From contig DASXZY010000042.1 in NCBI GenBank assembly GCA_036501625.1, forward strand, positions 1,929-65,928: DNA of 64,000 bases, written 5' to 3'. The position numbers were made by a program, and so were the translations under genes. This stretch comes from Verrucomicrobiia bacterium. GTDB lineage: Bacteria; Verrucomicrobiota; Verrucomicrobiia; Limisphaerales; Palsa-1400. This document shows positions 36,257 through 44,569 of the stretch, one piece after another. How positions within the stretch are numbered: position 1 is the first letter of the stretch; every line of letters starts with the position of its first letter. The notes beneath the pieces are model-generated. The model was not told the origin of the DNA. It made no database searches and saw nothing but the letters and a program-made list of their open reading frames with translations.

Positions 36257-37435
36257 GTGGACTTGAACCCGCAAAGATTCATCGCCCGCCATGTCAGCGC
36301 CGTCCCGCGCTCCGGCATCCGCGATTTTTTTGACATCGTCCAGGGGATGAAGGACGTGATCTCGCTGGGCGTGGGCGAGCCGGATTTCGTCACACCCTGG
36401 CATATCCGGGAAGCGGCCATTTACGCGCTGGAACGGGGGCGGACTTCCTACACTTCAAATTTGGGCCTGCTCAAACTGCGAGAAGCCGTATCGCGAAACG
36501 TCGAGAAGAACTTTCAGGTTTCTTACAATCCGAAAACGGAAATCCTCGTCACGGTCGGTGTCAGCGAGGCGATGGACATCGCATTCCGCGCCGTGCTCAA
36601 TCCGGGCGACGAGGTCATTTATCACCAGCCGTGTTACGTCAGTTACGCGCCCGGCATCGTGATGGCAGGCGGCGTGCCGGTGGCGGTGCCTTGCCGGGCG
36701 GAAGACGGGTTTTCCGTGACGGCCGAGGCGATCGAACGCGCAGCGACGCCGCGCAGCAAGTTGCTGGTCTTGAACTTTCCCACCAATCCAACAGGCGGAA
36801 CCATGGAGCGGAAGGAATTGGAGAAGATCGCCGAAGTGGCGCGGCGGCGGGACCTGCTGGTGTTGAGCGACGAGATTTACTCGGAACTGACCTTCGAAGG
36901 CGAACATGCCAGCATCGCGTCGCTGCCGGGGATGAAAGCGCGCGCCATTTTCCTGCACGGGTTTTCCAAGGCCTACGCGATGACCGGCTTTCGCATCGGC
37001 TACGCGTGCGGCCCGGCGGAAGTGATTGAGGCCATGATGCGCATTCACCAGTACTCGATGCTCTGCGCCAGCATCATCAGCCAGGAAGCCGCCATCGAGG
37101 CGCTCGAACACGGCGAGCCCGACACGGCCGAAATGCGCGAGCACTACCGCGCGCGCCGCAATTTCCTGGTGCGCGCCCTCAATGACATGGGCCTGCCTTG
37201 CCGGCTGCCGCGCGGCTCATTTTACGCCTTTCCAAACATCACTTCAACGGGGCTGGATTCGAAGCAGTTCGCGCTGAAATTGCTGGAGCAGGAAAAGGTC
37301 GCGTGCGTTCCGGGCGGCGCCTTCGGGCCGGATGGCGAAGGGTTCGTGCGCTGCTGTTTCGCCACCGCCTTCGACCAGGTTGAAGAGGCGGCTCGACGCA
37401 TGGAACGGTTTGCGGCTAGAATGCGTTCATTATGA
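36257..37435 (+). CDS. Class I/II PLP-dependent aminotransferase (aspartate/aromatic-type)
   Basis: 392 aa. SGIRDFF.., NPTG.., and the PLP-lysine motif GFSKAYAMTGFRIGY. Confidence 0.85.
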   Translation: MDLNPQRFIARHVSAVPRSGIRDFFDIVQGMKDVISLGVGEPDFVTPWHIREAAIYALERGRTSYTSNLGLLKLREAVSRNVEKNFQVSYNPKTEILVTVGVSEAMDIAFRAVLNPGDEVIYHQPCYVSYAPGIVMAGGVPVAVPCRAEDGFSVTAEAIERAATPRSKLLVLNFPTNPTGGTMERKELEKIAEVARRRDLLVLSDEIYSELTFEGEHASIASLPGMKARAIFLHGFSKAYAMTGFRIGYACGPAEVIEAMMRIHQYSMLCASIISQEAAIEALEHGEPDTAEMREHYRARRNFLVRALNDMGLPCRLPRGSFYAFPNITSTGLDSKQFALKLLEQEKVACVPGGAFGPDGEGFVRCCFATAFDQVEEAARRMERFAARMRSL

Positions 37436-37881
37436 AGATTGGCATTGGCTCCGATCACGCGGGGTTCGAATACAAGGAGCGAATCAAGCAAATGCTCATT
37501 GAGATGGGCCACGAGCCGCGCGACTTCGGCACGAACAGCGCGGAATCGGTCGATTATCCTGATTTCATCCGGCCCGTCGCGGAGGCGGTGGCCAAAGGCG
37601 AACTGGAACGCGGCATCGTGCTGGGCGGGTCGGGCAACGGCGAGGCCATTACGGCCAACCGGGTGCGGGGCGTGCGTTGCGCGCTGTGCTGGAACCTGGA
37701 AAGCGCGCGTCTTGGCCGCGAGCATAATGATGCCAATGTTTTGTCGCTGGGACAGCGCATGATTCCGGCGCCGCTGGCCTTGGAAATCGTCCGCATTTTC
37801 CTGGCCGCGCCCTTCGCGGGCGGGCGCCACTTGCGGCGCATCCGCCTCATCGATGCGGGCTGGAACCCATCCCCTGTTTAG
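37432..37881 (+). CDS. rpiB: Ribose-5-phosphate isomerase B
   Basis: MKIGIGSDHAGFEYK..GIVLGGSGNGEAITANRV..RCALCW..ARLGREHNDANVLSLG is the RpiB/LacA/LacB family signature. ATGA overlap with the aminotransferase. Confidence 0.9.
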   Translation: MKIGIGSDHAGFEYKERIKQMLIEMGHEPRDFGTNSAESVDYPDFIRPVAEAVAKGELERGIVLGGSGNGEAITANRVRGVRCALCWNLESARLGREHNDANVLSLGQRMIPAPLALEIVRIFLAAPFAGGRHLRRIRLIDAGWNPSPV

Positions 37882-37891
37882 GAGATGCGTC

Positions 37892-38368
37892 CTAACCTTT
37901 GAAGACAATCATCACCCCGTAATCGCCGAGGACCTGGTGGCTGCCCAGTTCCACATAGCTGTAGGAAATGGCGGTGATGCTGACGATGTTGAGCTGGCCC
38001 ACCTTTTCCAAAAAGGTCGAGACGGTTTCGTCAAACCTATCTTTGCCCACTTCCACGCAATCGCTGCGCTTGAACGTTTTGATGCGCATCGTCTTGTCGC
38101 CTTCCTTGGCGACGATGTCCAGCGGACGGGCGGTTTTTTGAATAAGGGCCTGATCGGGCGCGCGCTCATGCACGGGCACGCTGAAATGTTTTTCGTCCTT
38201 CACAGGCTCCGGCGCGGGCGCGGCCAATACGTGAACGACCGCCGCCGGATCGGGATGGGGAACGCTGATGGAGCTTCCACAAGACGGACAGTCAATGGTT
38301 GATCCCGCGCCGGTGGAATCGACTTCCAACTCCTGGTCGCACACGGGACATTTGAAGCTGATGTCCAT
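37892..38368 (-). CDS. Zinc-ribbon protein with C-terminal alpha/beta domain (unknown function)
   Basis: 158 aa. N-terminal CPVCDQ..(17)..CPSCGS four-Cys ribbon, a Pro/Ala linker and a conserved-looking C-terminal ~80 aa. Confidence 0.65.
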   Translation of the reverse strand: MDISFKCPVCDQELEVDSTGAGSTIDCPSCGSSISVPHPDPAAVVHVLAAPAPEPVKDEKHFSVPVHERAPDQALIQKTARPLDIVAKEGDKTMRIKTFKRSDCVEVGKDRFDETVSTFLEKVGQLNIVSITAISYSYVELGSHQVLGDYGVMIVFKG

Positions 38369-38437
38369 AGTTATCTCACTTTGGTGATTGTTGTCGCGCC
38401 AAGTGTGCCCTATTCGGCTGCCCGAAAGCGAGAAAAA

Positions 38438-38839
38438 TCATTCGTAAGTTGGCTCCAATTGTTTCATCCGCGCATAGACAGGCGAGCCGGGCGCGAGGCG
38501 CGCTTTCACTTTCTGGAAAACGAGCCGCGCTTCTCCCGGATCGCTCGCGCCGGCCAGCACGACATAATCCAGCTCAATCCACGCCCGGCGCGGGTCGTTG
38601 ATCTCATGGGCGTGGGCCGCCAAAAACCGTTTCATGGCCGGCGCGCCGCGTTGTTCGGCGTCCTGCAACTGCGCCTCCAGGTTGCGTGGCAGCCCCGATA
38701 GTTGATCCCCATAGACTGGCGGCGGCGCGGGCGCGGCTCCAGGCGCAGGTTTTGGCTGGAAGGTTCCGAAGTATTGATGAAGCTGCCAGGCGCCCAGCGA
38801 GAGACCGACAATAACGACCAAGCCAATCACGTACTTCAT
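38438..38839 (-). CDS. Hypothetical membrane-anchored protein
   Basis: 133 aa with an N-terminal TM (VIGLVVIVGLSLGAW), a Pro-rich linker and a helical C-terminal part. Confidence 0.55.
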   Translation of the reverse strand: MKYVIGLVVIVGLSLGAWQLHQYFGTFQPKPAPGAAPAPPPVYGDQLSGLPRNLEAQLQDAEQRGAPAMKRFLAAHAHEINDPRRAWIELDYVVLAGASDPGEARLVFQKVKARLAPGSPVYARMKQLEPTYE

Positions 38840-38887
38840 AGTCCCTCCAGGGGTTGCGCGGCGGCGAAATCATTCATGTGTCAATAA

Positions 38888-39769
38888 TTATTTTAGCGGC
38901 TCCGCATCCTGTGCTTGATTGGCCAGGCGCGCAACCAAAATTCTCTCGTGCCCGTTGTCATCCCGGTCGATGGCCTCGATCTCCCATTTTTCATCCTCGA
39001 AAATCCGGCGGGTCGCGGGCGCTCCGTCGCCGTCCAATTCCACCATGACCCGGCCGCCCGGCCGCAAGAGCGCGCCCGCGCCCGCGGCGATGCGCCGGTA
39101 AAAATCCTGCCCGTCGGCGCCGCCGTCCAGCGCGTGGCGAGGCTCGAAATCCCGCACTTCTGGTTCCAGCGTCTCGATGCGGCCGGCCGGGATGTAGGGC
39201 GGGTTAGAAAGGATCAGGTCAAACCGGGCGTCCGCCGCCACCGCGGCAAAGAGGTCGCCCTGGCGAAACTGAATGCGGCCAGAGAGTTCATTTGACAGTG
39301 CGTTCCGCTCCGCCAATTCCAAGGCCGCTTCGGAAATATCGGTTGCGCATATTTTTGCCTCGGCGGCATGGCACGCCACCGCGATGGCCAAACAGCCGCT
39401 GCCCGTGCCAAGCTCCAAGACGTCCGCTGGGCCGCCCCGTTTTTTGAGCCATGTCCAGGCCCGCTCCGCCAGCGATTCCGTTTCCGGGCGCGGGATGAGG
39501 ACGTGGCTGTTGAGCGGGATTTCAAAGCCGCAGAAACAGGCCGAGGCCGTGATGTATTGGCACGGCTCGCGCTGGCCGCGGCGCCGCACCATCGCGCGCA
39601 GAGCGTCCGTTTCTTCGGCGGTCAGGACGCGCTCAAAATTGATGTAGAGCTTCACACGCGGCATCCGCAACATGTGGGCCAGCAACAGTTCCACTTGCAG
39701 CCGCGGCGAGCCGACGCCCTTGCGGGTTAGGAACTCGCTGCCGCGCTGAATGGATTCCAGGATTGTCAT
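38888..39769 (-). CDS. prmC: Release-factor glutamine N5-methyltransferase PrmC/HemK
   Basis: SAM-binding LELGTGSGCLAIA and the catalytic NPPY motif (ILSNPPYIP). Start taken at ATG 39769 (MTILESI..); the track start is 39793. Confidence 0.9.
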   Translation of the reverse strand: MTILESIQRGSEFLTRKGVGSPRLQVELLLAHMLRMPRVKLYINFERVLTAEETDALRAMVRRRGQREPCQYITASACFCGFEIPLNSHVLIPRPETESLAERAWTWLKKRGGPADVLELGTGSGCLAIAVACHAAEAKICATDISEAALELAERNALSNELSGRIQFRQGDLFAAVAADARFDLILSNPPYIPAGRIETLEPEVRDFEPRHALDGGADGQDFYRRIAAGAGALLRPGGRVMVELDGDGAPATRRIFEDEKWEIEAIDRDDNGHERILVARLANQAQDAEPLK

Positions 39770-39874
39770 TTCAACGCCATGATCATGCCTCAACTAAAAA
39801 ATTGTGGACAGTTGTTTTCAGCCTCGGTAGAGTCAACGGGAAATTCCCGATTCTGATGCAACCAGAGCATTTTT

Positions 39875-40537
39875 ATGGAAGTCAAAATTGTTTGCGTCTG
39901 CGGCCAAAAATATGGGTTTGACGTCGAGCCGGTTGGCGGCCGCATGCCGGTCAAAGTGGCCTGCCCAGGCTGCGGCGCGGATGGAACGCCATTAGCCAAC
40001 AGCTTTCTGGCGCAACAATTTCCGGGACAGGCGCCAGCCGTTCCCGTGGCCACGCTGGCCGGGCCTGCCGCCGCCCCGGCCCCGAGACCCGTGGTGAGAA
40101 TCATCCAGCCGCAGGCCGCCATCGCACCGCCCATCAAGGCAGAGCCGGAGGCCATCGCGCCGATGATTGGATCCGGAGCGCCGGTCGGAATCAAAGCGCC
40201 GGCCCGAAAAGAGAAGCAGCAGTCCGGGCAATATAGTTTGGGACTGGGAATTTTGGGCGCATTTCTGGGAGCGGGCTTGGGAGCGGGGTTTATGGTGGGG
40301 TTCGCTATGTTCGCGAATTTCCGGTTTCCATTCATGGGCACCTGCATTGGGGCGCTGACGGGCCTGGGGGCGCGATTGCTGGCCCGGGGAACGGATTCGA
40401 CTCTGGGCGGCATCGCGGCGGCCATCGCACTGGTCGCGACCGGAGGCTCACTTTTTCTGATGTACGGCGGCTTGGCAATAGGGTACCTCATAACAATGGC
40501 GGTCAGCGTCTATTTCGCGTGGAAAGTCGCGGGTTGA
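39875..40537 (+). CDS. Zinc-ribbon / Gly-rich multi-TM membrane protein (unknown function)
   Basis: 220 aa. N-terminal CVCGQ..(21)..CPGCG ribbon, an Ala/Pro-rich linker, then 3-4 Gly-rich TM helices. Confidence 0.65.
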   Translation: MEVKIVCVCGQKYGFDVEPVGGRMPVKVACPGCGADGTPLANSFLAQQFPGQAPAVPVATLAGPAAAPAPRPVVRIIQPQAAIAPPIKAEPEAIAPMIGSGAPVGIKAPARKEKQQSGQYSLGLGILGAFLGAGLGAGFMVGFAMFANFRFPFMGTCIGALTGLGARLLARGTDSTLGGIAAAIALVATGGSLFLMYGGLAIGYLITMAVSVYFAWKVAG

Positions 40538-40592
40538 CGTAAAGCCGCCGGCTCCTTTTTCTCTGTGGCCATTTTCCAGTGTCGGGATTAGC

Positions 40593-41330
40593 GTGCATCC
40601 GATGGAATCATTACTGTCCGCCAAATCCATTCCGCCTTCCGAGAGGCTCATTGTCGCGCTCGACGTCGCCAACGGCGATTTGGCCAGAAAGCTGGTCAAT
40701 GAATTGGGCGATTCGGTTTCTTTTTACAAGGTCGGGCTTGAAATGCTGATGTCCGGCGACTTTTTCGATCTCGTCCAATGGCTTCGGGAGCGCGGCAAGC
40801 ACGTCTTCGCCGACATTAAGTTTTTCGATGTGCCGGAAACGGTCAAGAAGGCGATGTCCCAGGTCAAGCGACTGGGAGTCACCTTCGTTACCGCGCACGG
40901 CAACGACGACATCCTTCGGGCGGCGGTGGAGGTCAAGGGGGACGCCAAAATCCTGGCGGTGACGGTATTGACGAGCCTGGACAAGAACGATTTGGCGGAC
41001 CTTGGCTTTGCGTGCGATGTCGAGGCGCTGGTGCTGTCCCGCGCCCGGCGCGCTTTTGCCCTGGGATGCGATGGCGTCATTTCGTCCGGGCTGGAAGCGT
41101 CGAAATTGCGCACGACGCTCGGCGGCGAGCTTCTCATTGTGACTCCGGGCATCCGCGCCTTCTCGAACCTGGCCGTGCGCGACGACCAAAAGCGAACGGT
41201 CACGGCGGAGGAGGCCTTTATCGGCGGCGCCGACTACATCGTGGTGGGCCGTCCCATCACCAAGAGCGACCAGCCCAAGGCGCAGGCGGAACAGATGCAG
41301 GAAACGATCCGGCGGCTGTTCAGGCCCTAA
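40593..41330 (+). CDS. pyrF: Orotidine 5'-phosphate decarboxylase
   Basis: LIVALDV..FYKVGLE..FADIKFFDVPETV..VTAHG..ILAVTVLTS..IVVGRPI: the canonical PyrF catalytic Asp-Lys-Asp network context. Starts at GTG 40593 or ATG 40602. Confidence 0.9.
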   Translation: MHPMESLLSAKSIPPSERLIVALDVANGDLARKLVNELGDSVSFYKVGLEMLMSGDFFDLVQWLRERGKHVFADIKFFDVPETVKKAMSQVKRLGVTFVTAHGNDDILRAAVEVKGDAKILAVTVLTSLDKNDLADLGFACDVEALVLSRARRAFALGCDGVISSGLEASKLRTTLGGELLIVTPGIRAFSNLAVRDDQKRTVTAEEAFIGGADYIVVGRPITKSDQPKAQAEQMQETIRRLFRP

Positions 41331-41393
41331 AGGCTTTTCGGGCATTTTGCCAAACTTTGCATTGTTGGCATTTTTCATGCTAGTAAGTTGGGC

Positions 41394-41546
41394 ATGAGCA
41401 AAAACACATTATCCCTTGTTGCGCTTATAGTGGTAGGGTTGAGCTGCGTTTGCTGGATCGTCTCGAGGGTGCGGGCATCTATAAGAAACCCCGCGCCATT
41501 GGGTTACCAAGACGAAGAAGGTTTTCATTTTGGCGCGCCGAAATGA
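41394..41546 (+). CDS. Possible 50-aa single-TM micro-protein
   Basis: An ATG..TGA ORF not in the track (below the length cut-off): MSKNTLSLVALIVVGLSCVCWIVSRVRASIRNPAPLGYQDEEGFHFGAPK. One clear TM; no other support. Confidence 0.25.
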   Translation: MSKNTLSLVALIVVGLSCVCWIVSRVRASIRNPAPLGYQDEEGFHFGAPK

Positions 41547-42043
41547 CCGGGTTTAGGCGTAATTAGGCGCATATAAGCGAATTTGCCGGGTTTTAACATA
41601 GCCTCAAAACAGGACAGTGTATGTCTCGGAGTGAGACACGTCTTGTTTGGCATAGGCATTTAGAACGATTCTTTTCCAAACGCGTTTTCCACAACGCCGT
41701 TTCCCACAAAAAGCCCGCCATCAATAATCCGCCTTGCGGGCCAGAAATCGTTGCGCGGGGCAGTTCGGACGGCCAGCCAAACCAAGCGCGTTTGGAGTTT
41801 ATGTTCCAAAAATAACGCAATCTACCTTGTTTTTGTATGTTCTGCCTATTTCAGGCTTGTGCCGCCATCATGGGAGGCGCTCTTTGCGCGTTTAGACAAT
41901 ATGTTGTCATGGCTGCACTGTAGCACACTATTACGTTTTTTATATATAAAATGAATCATTTCATTTTAGATGATTATATTTATTGAATTATCTAATCATA
42001 ATTTCTTGTTTCCTTTTTCGACCGTGCGAGTTAAAAAGGGCGG

Positions 42044-42994
42044 GTGAAAATTCTCGTTTTATCCCTGGCTTTTTTCGTTTGCGAGGCGGGCCCGGCCGCA
42101 GCCGCCGCTGATGTCGATTTCACCTCCCAGATCGCGCCCATCCTTGAGAAATCCTGCATTTCCTGCCACGGCCCCACCAAGCGCAAGGGCGGTTTGCGCC
42201 TTGATTCCAAAGCCCTTGCGATCAAGGGCGGCGACGATGGTGTTGTCCTGGCGCCGGGCGATGCGGCCAAAAGCGATCTTTACCGGCGCATCATTTTGGC
42301 GGCGGGGGCAGATGATGTGATGCCGAACAAGGGCGAGACGCTCTCCAAAGCCCAGACTGATTTGATCCGTGATTGGATCAACCAAGGCGTTCACTGGCCA
42401 GAAACGGCGCTGGCCGCCTCGGCTGCTGAAGCGCCCGCGCCGCCGCGCGAATCGGATGTCCCGGCGGCCGATTTCAAGCCGGGCGCGGCGGAGTTGAAGG
42501 CAACCGCGAGCCTGCAGGGCATGGGCATTGAGTTGTGGCCCGTCGCGGCCGGGTCGCACTGGCACGAGGCCAATCTGCGCGGGCAAAGCGGGAGCGATGT
42601 CGATGCCGCGCTGGCCCAGCTCAAATCCGCCGCCAGCCTGATTATGTTGAATCTGGCCGGGACAAAATTCTCCGCGGCCGGCCTGGCCAATGTGAAGGCG
42701 CTGACCAACCTGGCGCAATTGCATTTGGAGCGCACGCAGGTGCAGGACGGCGACCTCGCCAGCGTCAGCGGGTTGAGCCGGCTGTCGTATCTCAATCTTT
42801 ACGACACGCCAATCACCGACGCCGGCCTGGAGCATTTGAAAGGCTTGACCCATCTCCGCAACCTGCACCTTTGGCAGACGAAGGTGACCGACGCCGGAGC
42901 GGCGGCGCTGCAAAAATCCCTGCCGCATTGCGACATTGACAGAGGCTGGATCGCCCCGGCGGAGGAAACTAAAAAGACGGAGGCTAAGAAATAG
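42044..42994 (+). CDS. Secreted PSCyt1 (Planctomycete cytochrome c-like) domain protein with leucine-rich repeats
   Basis: GTG start and a signal peptide. DFTSQIAPILEKSCISCHGPTKRKGGLRLD is the PSCyt1 CxxCH motif. The C-terminal half has LRR-like periodicity (LxxLxxLxLxxTxVxDxxL). Confidence 0.8.
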   Translation: MKILVLSLAFFVCEAGPAAAAADVDFTSQIAPILEKSCISCHGPTKRKGGLRLDSKALAIKGGDDGVVLAPGDAAKSDLYRRIILAAGADDVMPNKGETLSKAQTDLIRDWINQGVHWPETALAASAAEAPAPPRESDVPAADFKPGAAELKATASLQGMGIELWPVAAGSHWHEANLRGQSGSDVDAALAQLKSAASLIMLNLAGTKFSAAGLANVKALTNLAQLHLERTQVQDGDLASVSGLSRLSYLNLYDTPITDAGLEHLKGLTHLRNLHLWQTKVTDAGAAALQKSLPHCDIDRGWIAPAEETKKTEAKK

Positions 42995-43012
42995 GGAGCG
43001 GAGCTTTTTTAC

Positions 43013-43057
43013 CTTAATCTTAATCCTTCCCCGAAAGAGATTAAGATTACGATTAAG
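43013..43057. repeat. AT-rich palindromic GATTAAGATTA element at a convergent gene junction
   Basis: CTTAATCTTAATC (43013-43025) pairs with GATTAAGATTACG.. (43039-43051) across a 13-nt loop. It shares AGAGATTAAGATTA and GATTAAGATTACGA with 53170-53191. Confidence 0.6.
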
Positions 43058-43074
43058 CCAAAACCAAAATGGCG

Positions 43075-44559
43075 TTACGCCAGAATATCCGTCACCACTT
43101 TGGCGGGTTCCTGGCCGGTTAGGCGCTGGCCGAGGCCTTGGTACATGAAAGTGAACTTTTCGTTGTCGATGCCCAGTTGGTGCAGAATCGTGGCGTGCAA
43201 CTCGTGGATGTGGACGGGGTTTTCGATAATGTTGTAGGACATTTCATCCGTCTTGCCGTAAACGAAACCGGGCTTGATGCCGGCGCCGGCCATCCAGAGC
43301 GAAAAACAGCGGGGATGATGGTCGCGCCCGTAATCGTTTTCTTCCAGCTTGCCCTGGCAATAAATGGTGCGGCCGAATTCGCCGCCCCAGATGACCAGCG
43401 TATCCTCCAACATGCCGCGCTGCTTGAGGTCCTGGATGAGGCCGTAGCCGCCCTGGTCCACGTCTTTGCATTGGGATGCGAGGTCGCGCGGGAGACTGCC
43501 GTGCTGGTCCCAGCCGCGATGAAAAATCTGCACGAAACGAACGCCGCGCTCGGCCAGCCGGCGGGCCATCAAGGCGGAATTGGCGAACGTGCCGCGCACG
43601 CGGGCGTCTTCGCCATATAATTTGTAGGTCGCTTCGGATTCTCCGGAAAGATCGGTCAATTCCGGGATGCTCGACTGCATGCGGAAGGCCATCTCGAATT
43701 GCTGGGTTCGCGTCTGGATTTCCGGGTCGCCCAAGGCGGTGTAGGAGCGTTCATTGAGCACGCTGATGCCGTCCATCATTTCATGGCGCATCTCGCGCGA
43801 AATGCCCGGCGCGTCTTTCAAGTACAAAACCGGGTCGCCTTTGGCGCGCAACGCGACGCCCGCGAATTTGCCGGGCAGGAATCCCGATCCCCACAAACGC
43901 GATGTGATGGCCTGCACGTTTGAATAGGGGCTGGAATGGCTGGCGTGCAGGACGACGAAGGTGGGCAATTCATGATTGAGCGAGCCGAGGCCGTAGGCGA
44001 GCCATGAACCGATGGAAGCCTTGCCGTTAATCATCGAGCCGGTATAAACCAATTGATTGGCCGGTTCGTGGTTGATGGCGTCGGTGTGCATCGAATGGAT
44101 GAAGCAAAGGTCGCCCGCCATTTTAGCCGTCCACGGCAGAAGCTCGCTGACCCACGCGCCGCTGGGGCCGTGCTGGCTGAATTTGAAAACCGACGGCGCG
44201 AGCGGAAAGGTTTGCTGGCCGGAGGTCATGCCGGTGAGCCGTTCGCCCTGCTGCTTGAGCCAGCCTTTAAGGTCTTCCTTGAAACGCGGGCGCAGGCCGG
44301 GCTTATGATCAAAAAGGTCCAATTGCGAAGGCGCGCCGATGAGCGAAATATAAATGGCGCGCTTGGCTTTCGGTGCGATGCGCCAGAGCTGCTCCGATGC
44401 GGCCGCGGTGTCGCTGGCGGAGCCGAAAACGCGCGGGCCGAGCAGTGATGACAAGGCGGCTACGCCCAAACCGGTCGCGCCCTTCCGGAAAAATTGGCGG
44501 CGGGTCAGCGAAGCGTTGACATTATTCAGGAGGGGCGTCCATTGCGGATTAACATTCAT
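43075..44559 (-). CDS. DUF1501 family (sulfatase-fold) protein with Tat signal
   Basis: 494 aa. The N-terminal LTRRQFFRKGATGLGVAALSS twin-arginine signal, the family-typical length and motifs (..HRGWDQHG.., GGEFGRT.., GRDHHP). Confidence 0.85.
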   Translation of the reverse strand: MNVNPQWTPLLNNVNASLTRRQFFRKGATGLGVAALSSLLGPRVFGSASDTAAASEQLWRIAPKAKRAIYISLIGAPSQLDLFDHKPGLRPRFKEDLKGWLKQQGERLTGMTSGQQTFPLAPSVFKFSQHGPSGAWVSELLPWTAKMAGDLCFIHSMHTDAINHEPANQLVYTGSMINGKASIGSWLAYGLGSLNHELPTFVVLHASHSSPYSNVQAITSRLWGSGFLPGKFAGVALRAKGDPVLYLKDAPGISREMRHEMMDGISVLNERSYTALGDPEIQTRTQQFEMAFRMQSSIPELTDLSGESEATYKLYGEDARVRGTFANSALMARRLAERGVRFVQIFHRGWDQHGSLPRDLASQCKDVDQGGYGLIQDLKQRGMLEDTLVIWGGEFGRTIYCQGKLEENDYGRDHHPRCFSLWMAGAGIKPGFVYGKTDEMSYNIIENPVHIHELHATILHQLGIDNEKFTFMYQGLGQRLTGQEPAKVVTDILA

Positions 44560-44569
44560 TGGCAGGGCC

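Noticed and set aside
41593-41820. 75-aa (-) and 64-aa (+) ORFs in the gap after pyrF.
   Set aside because: They are mutually overlapping, have no recognisable motifs or signal sequences, and show no convincing codon bias.
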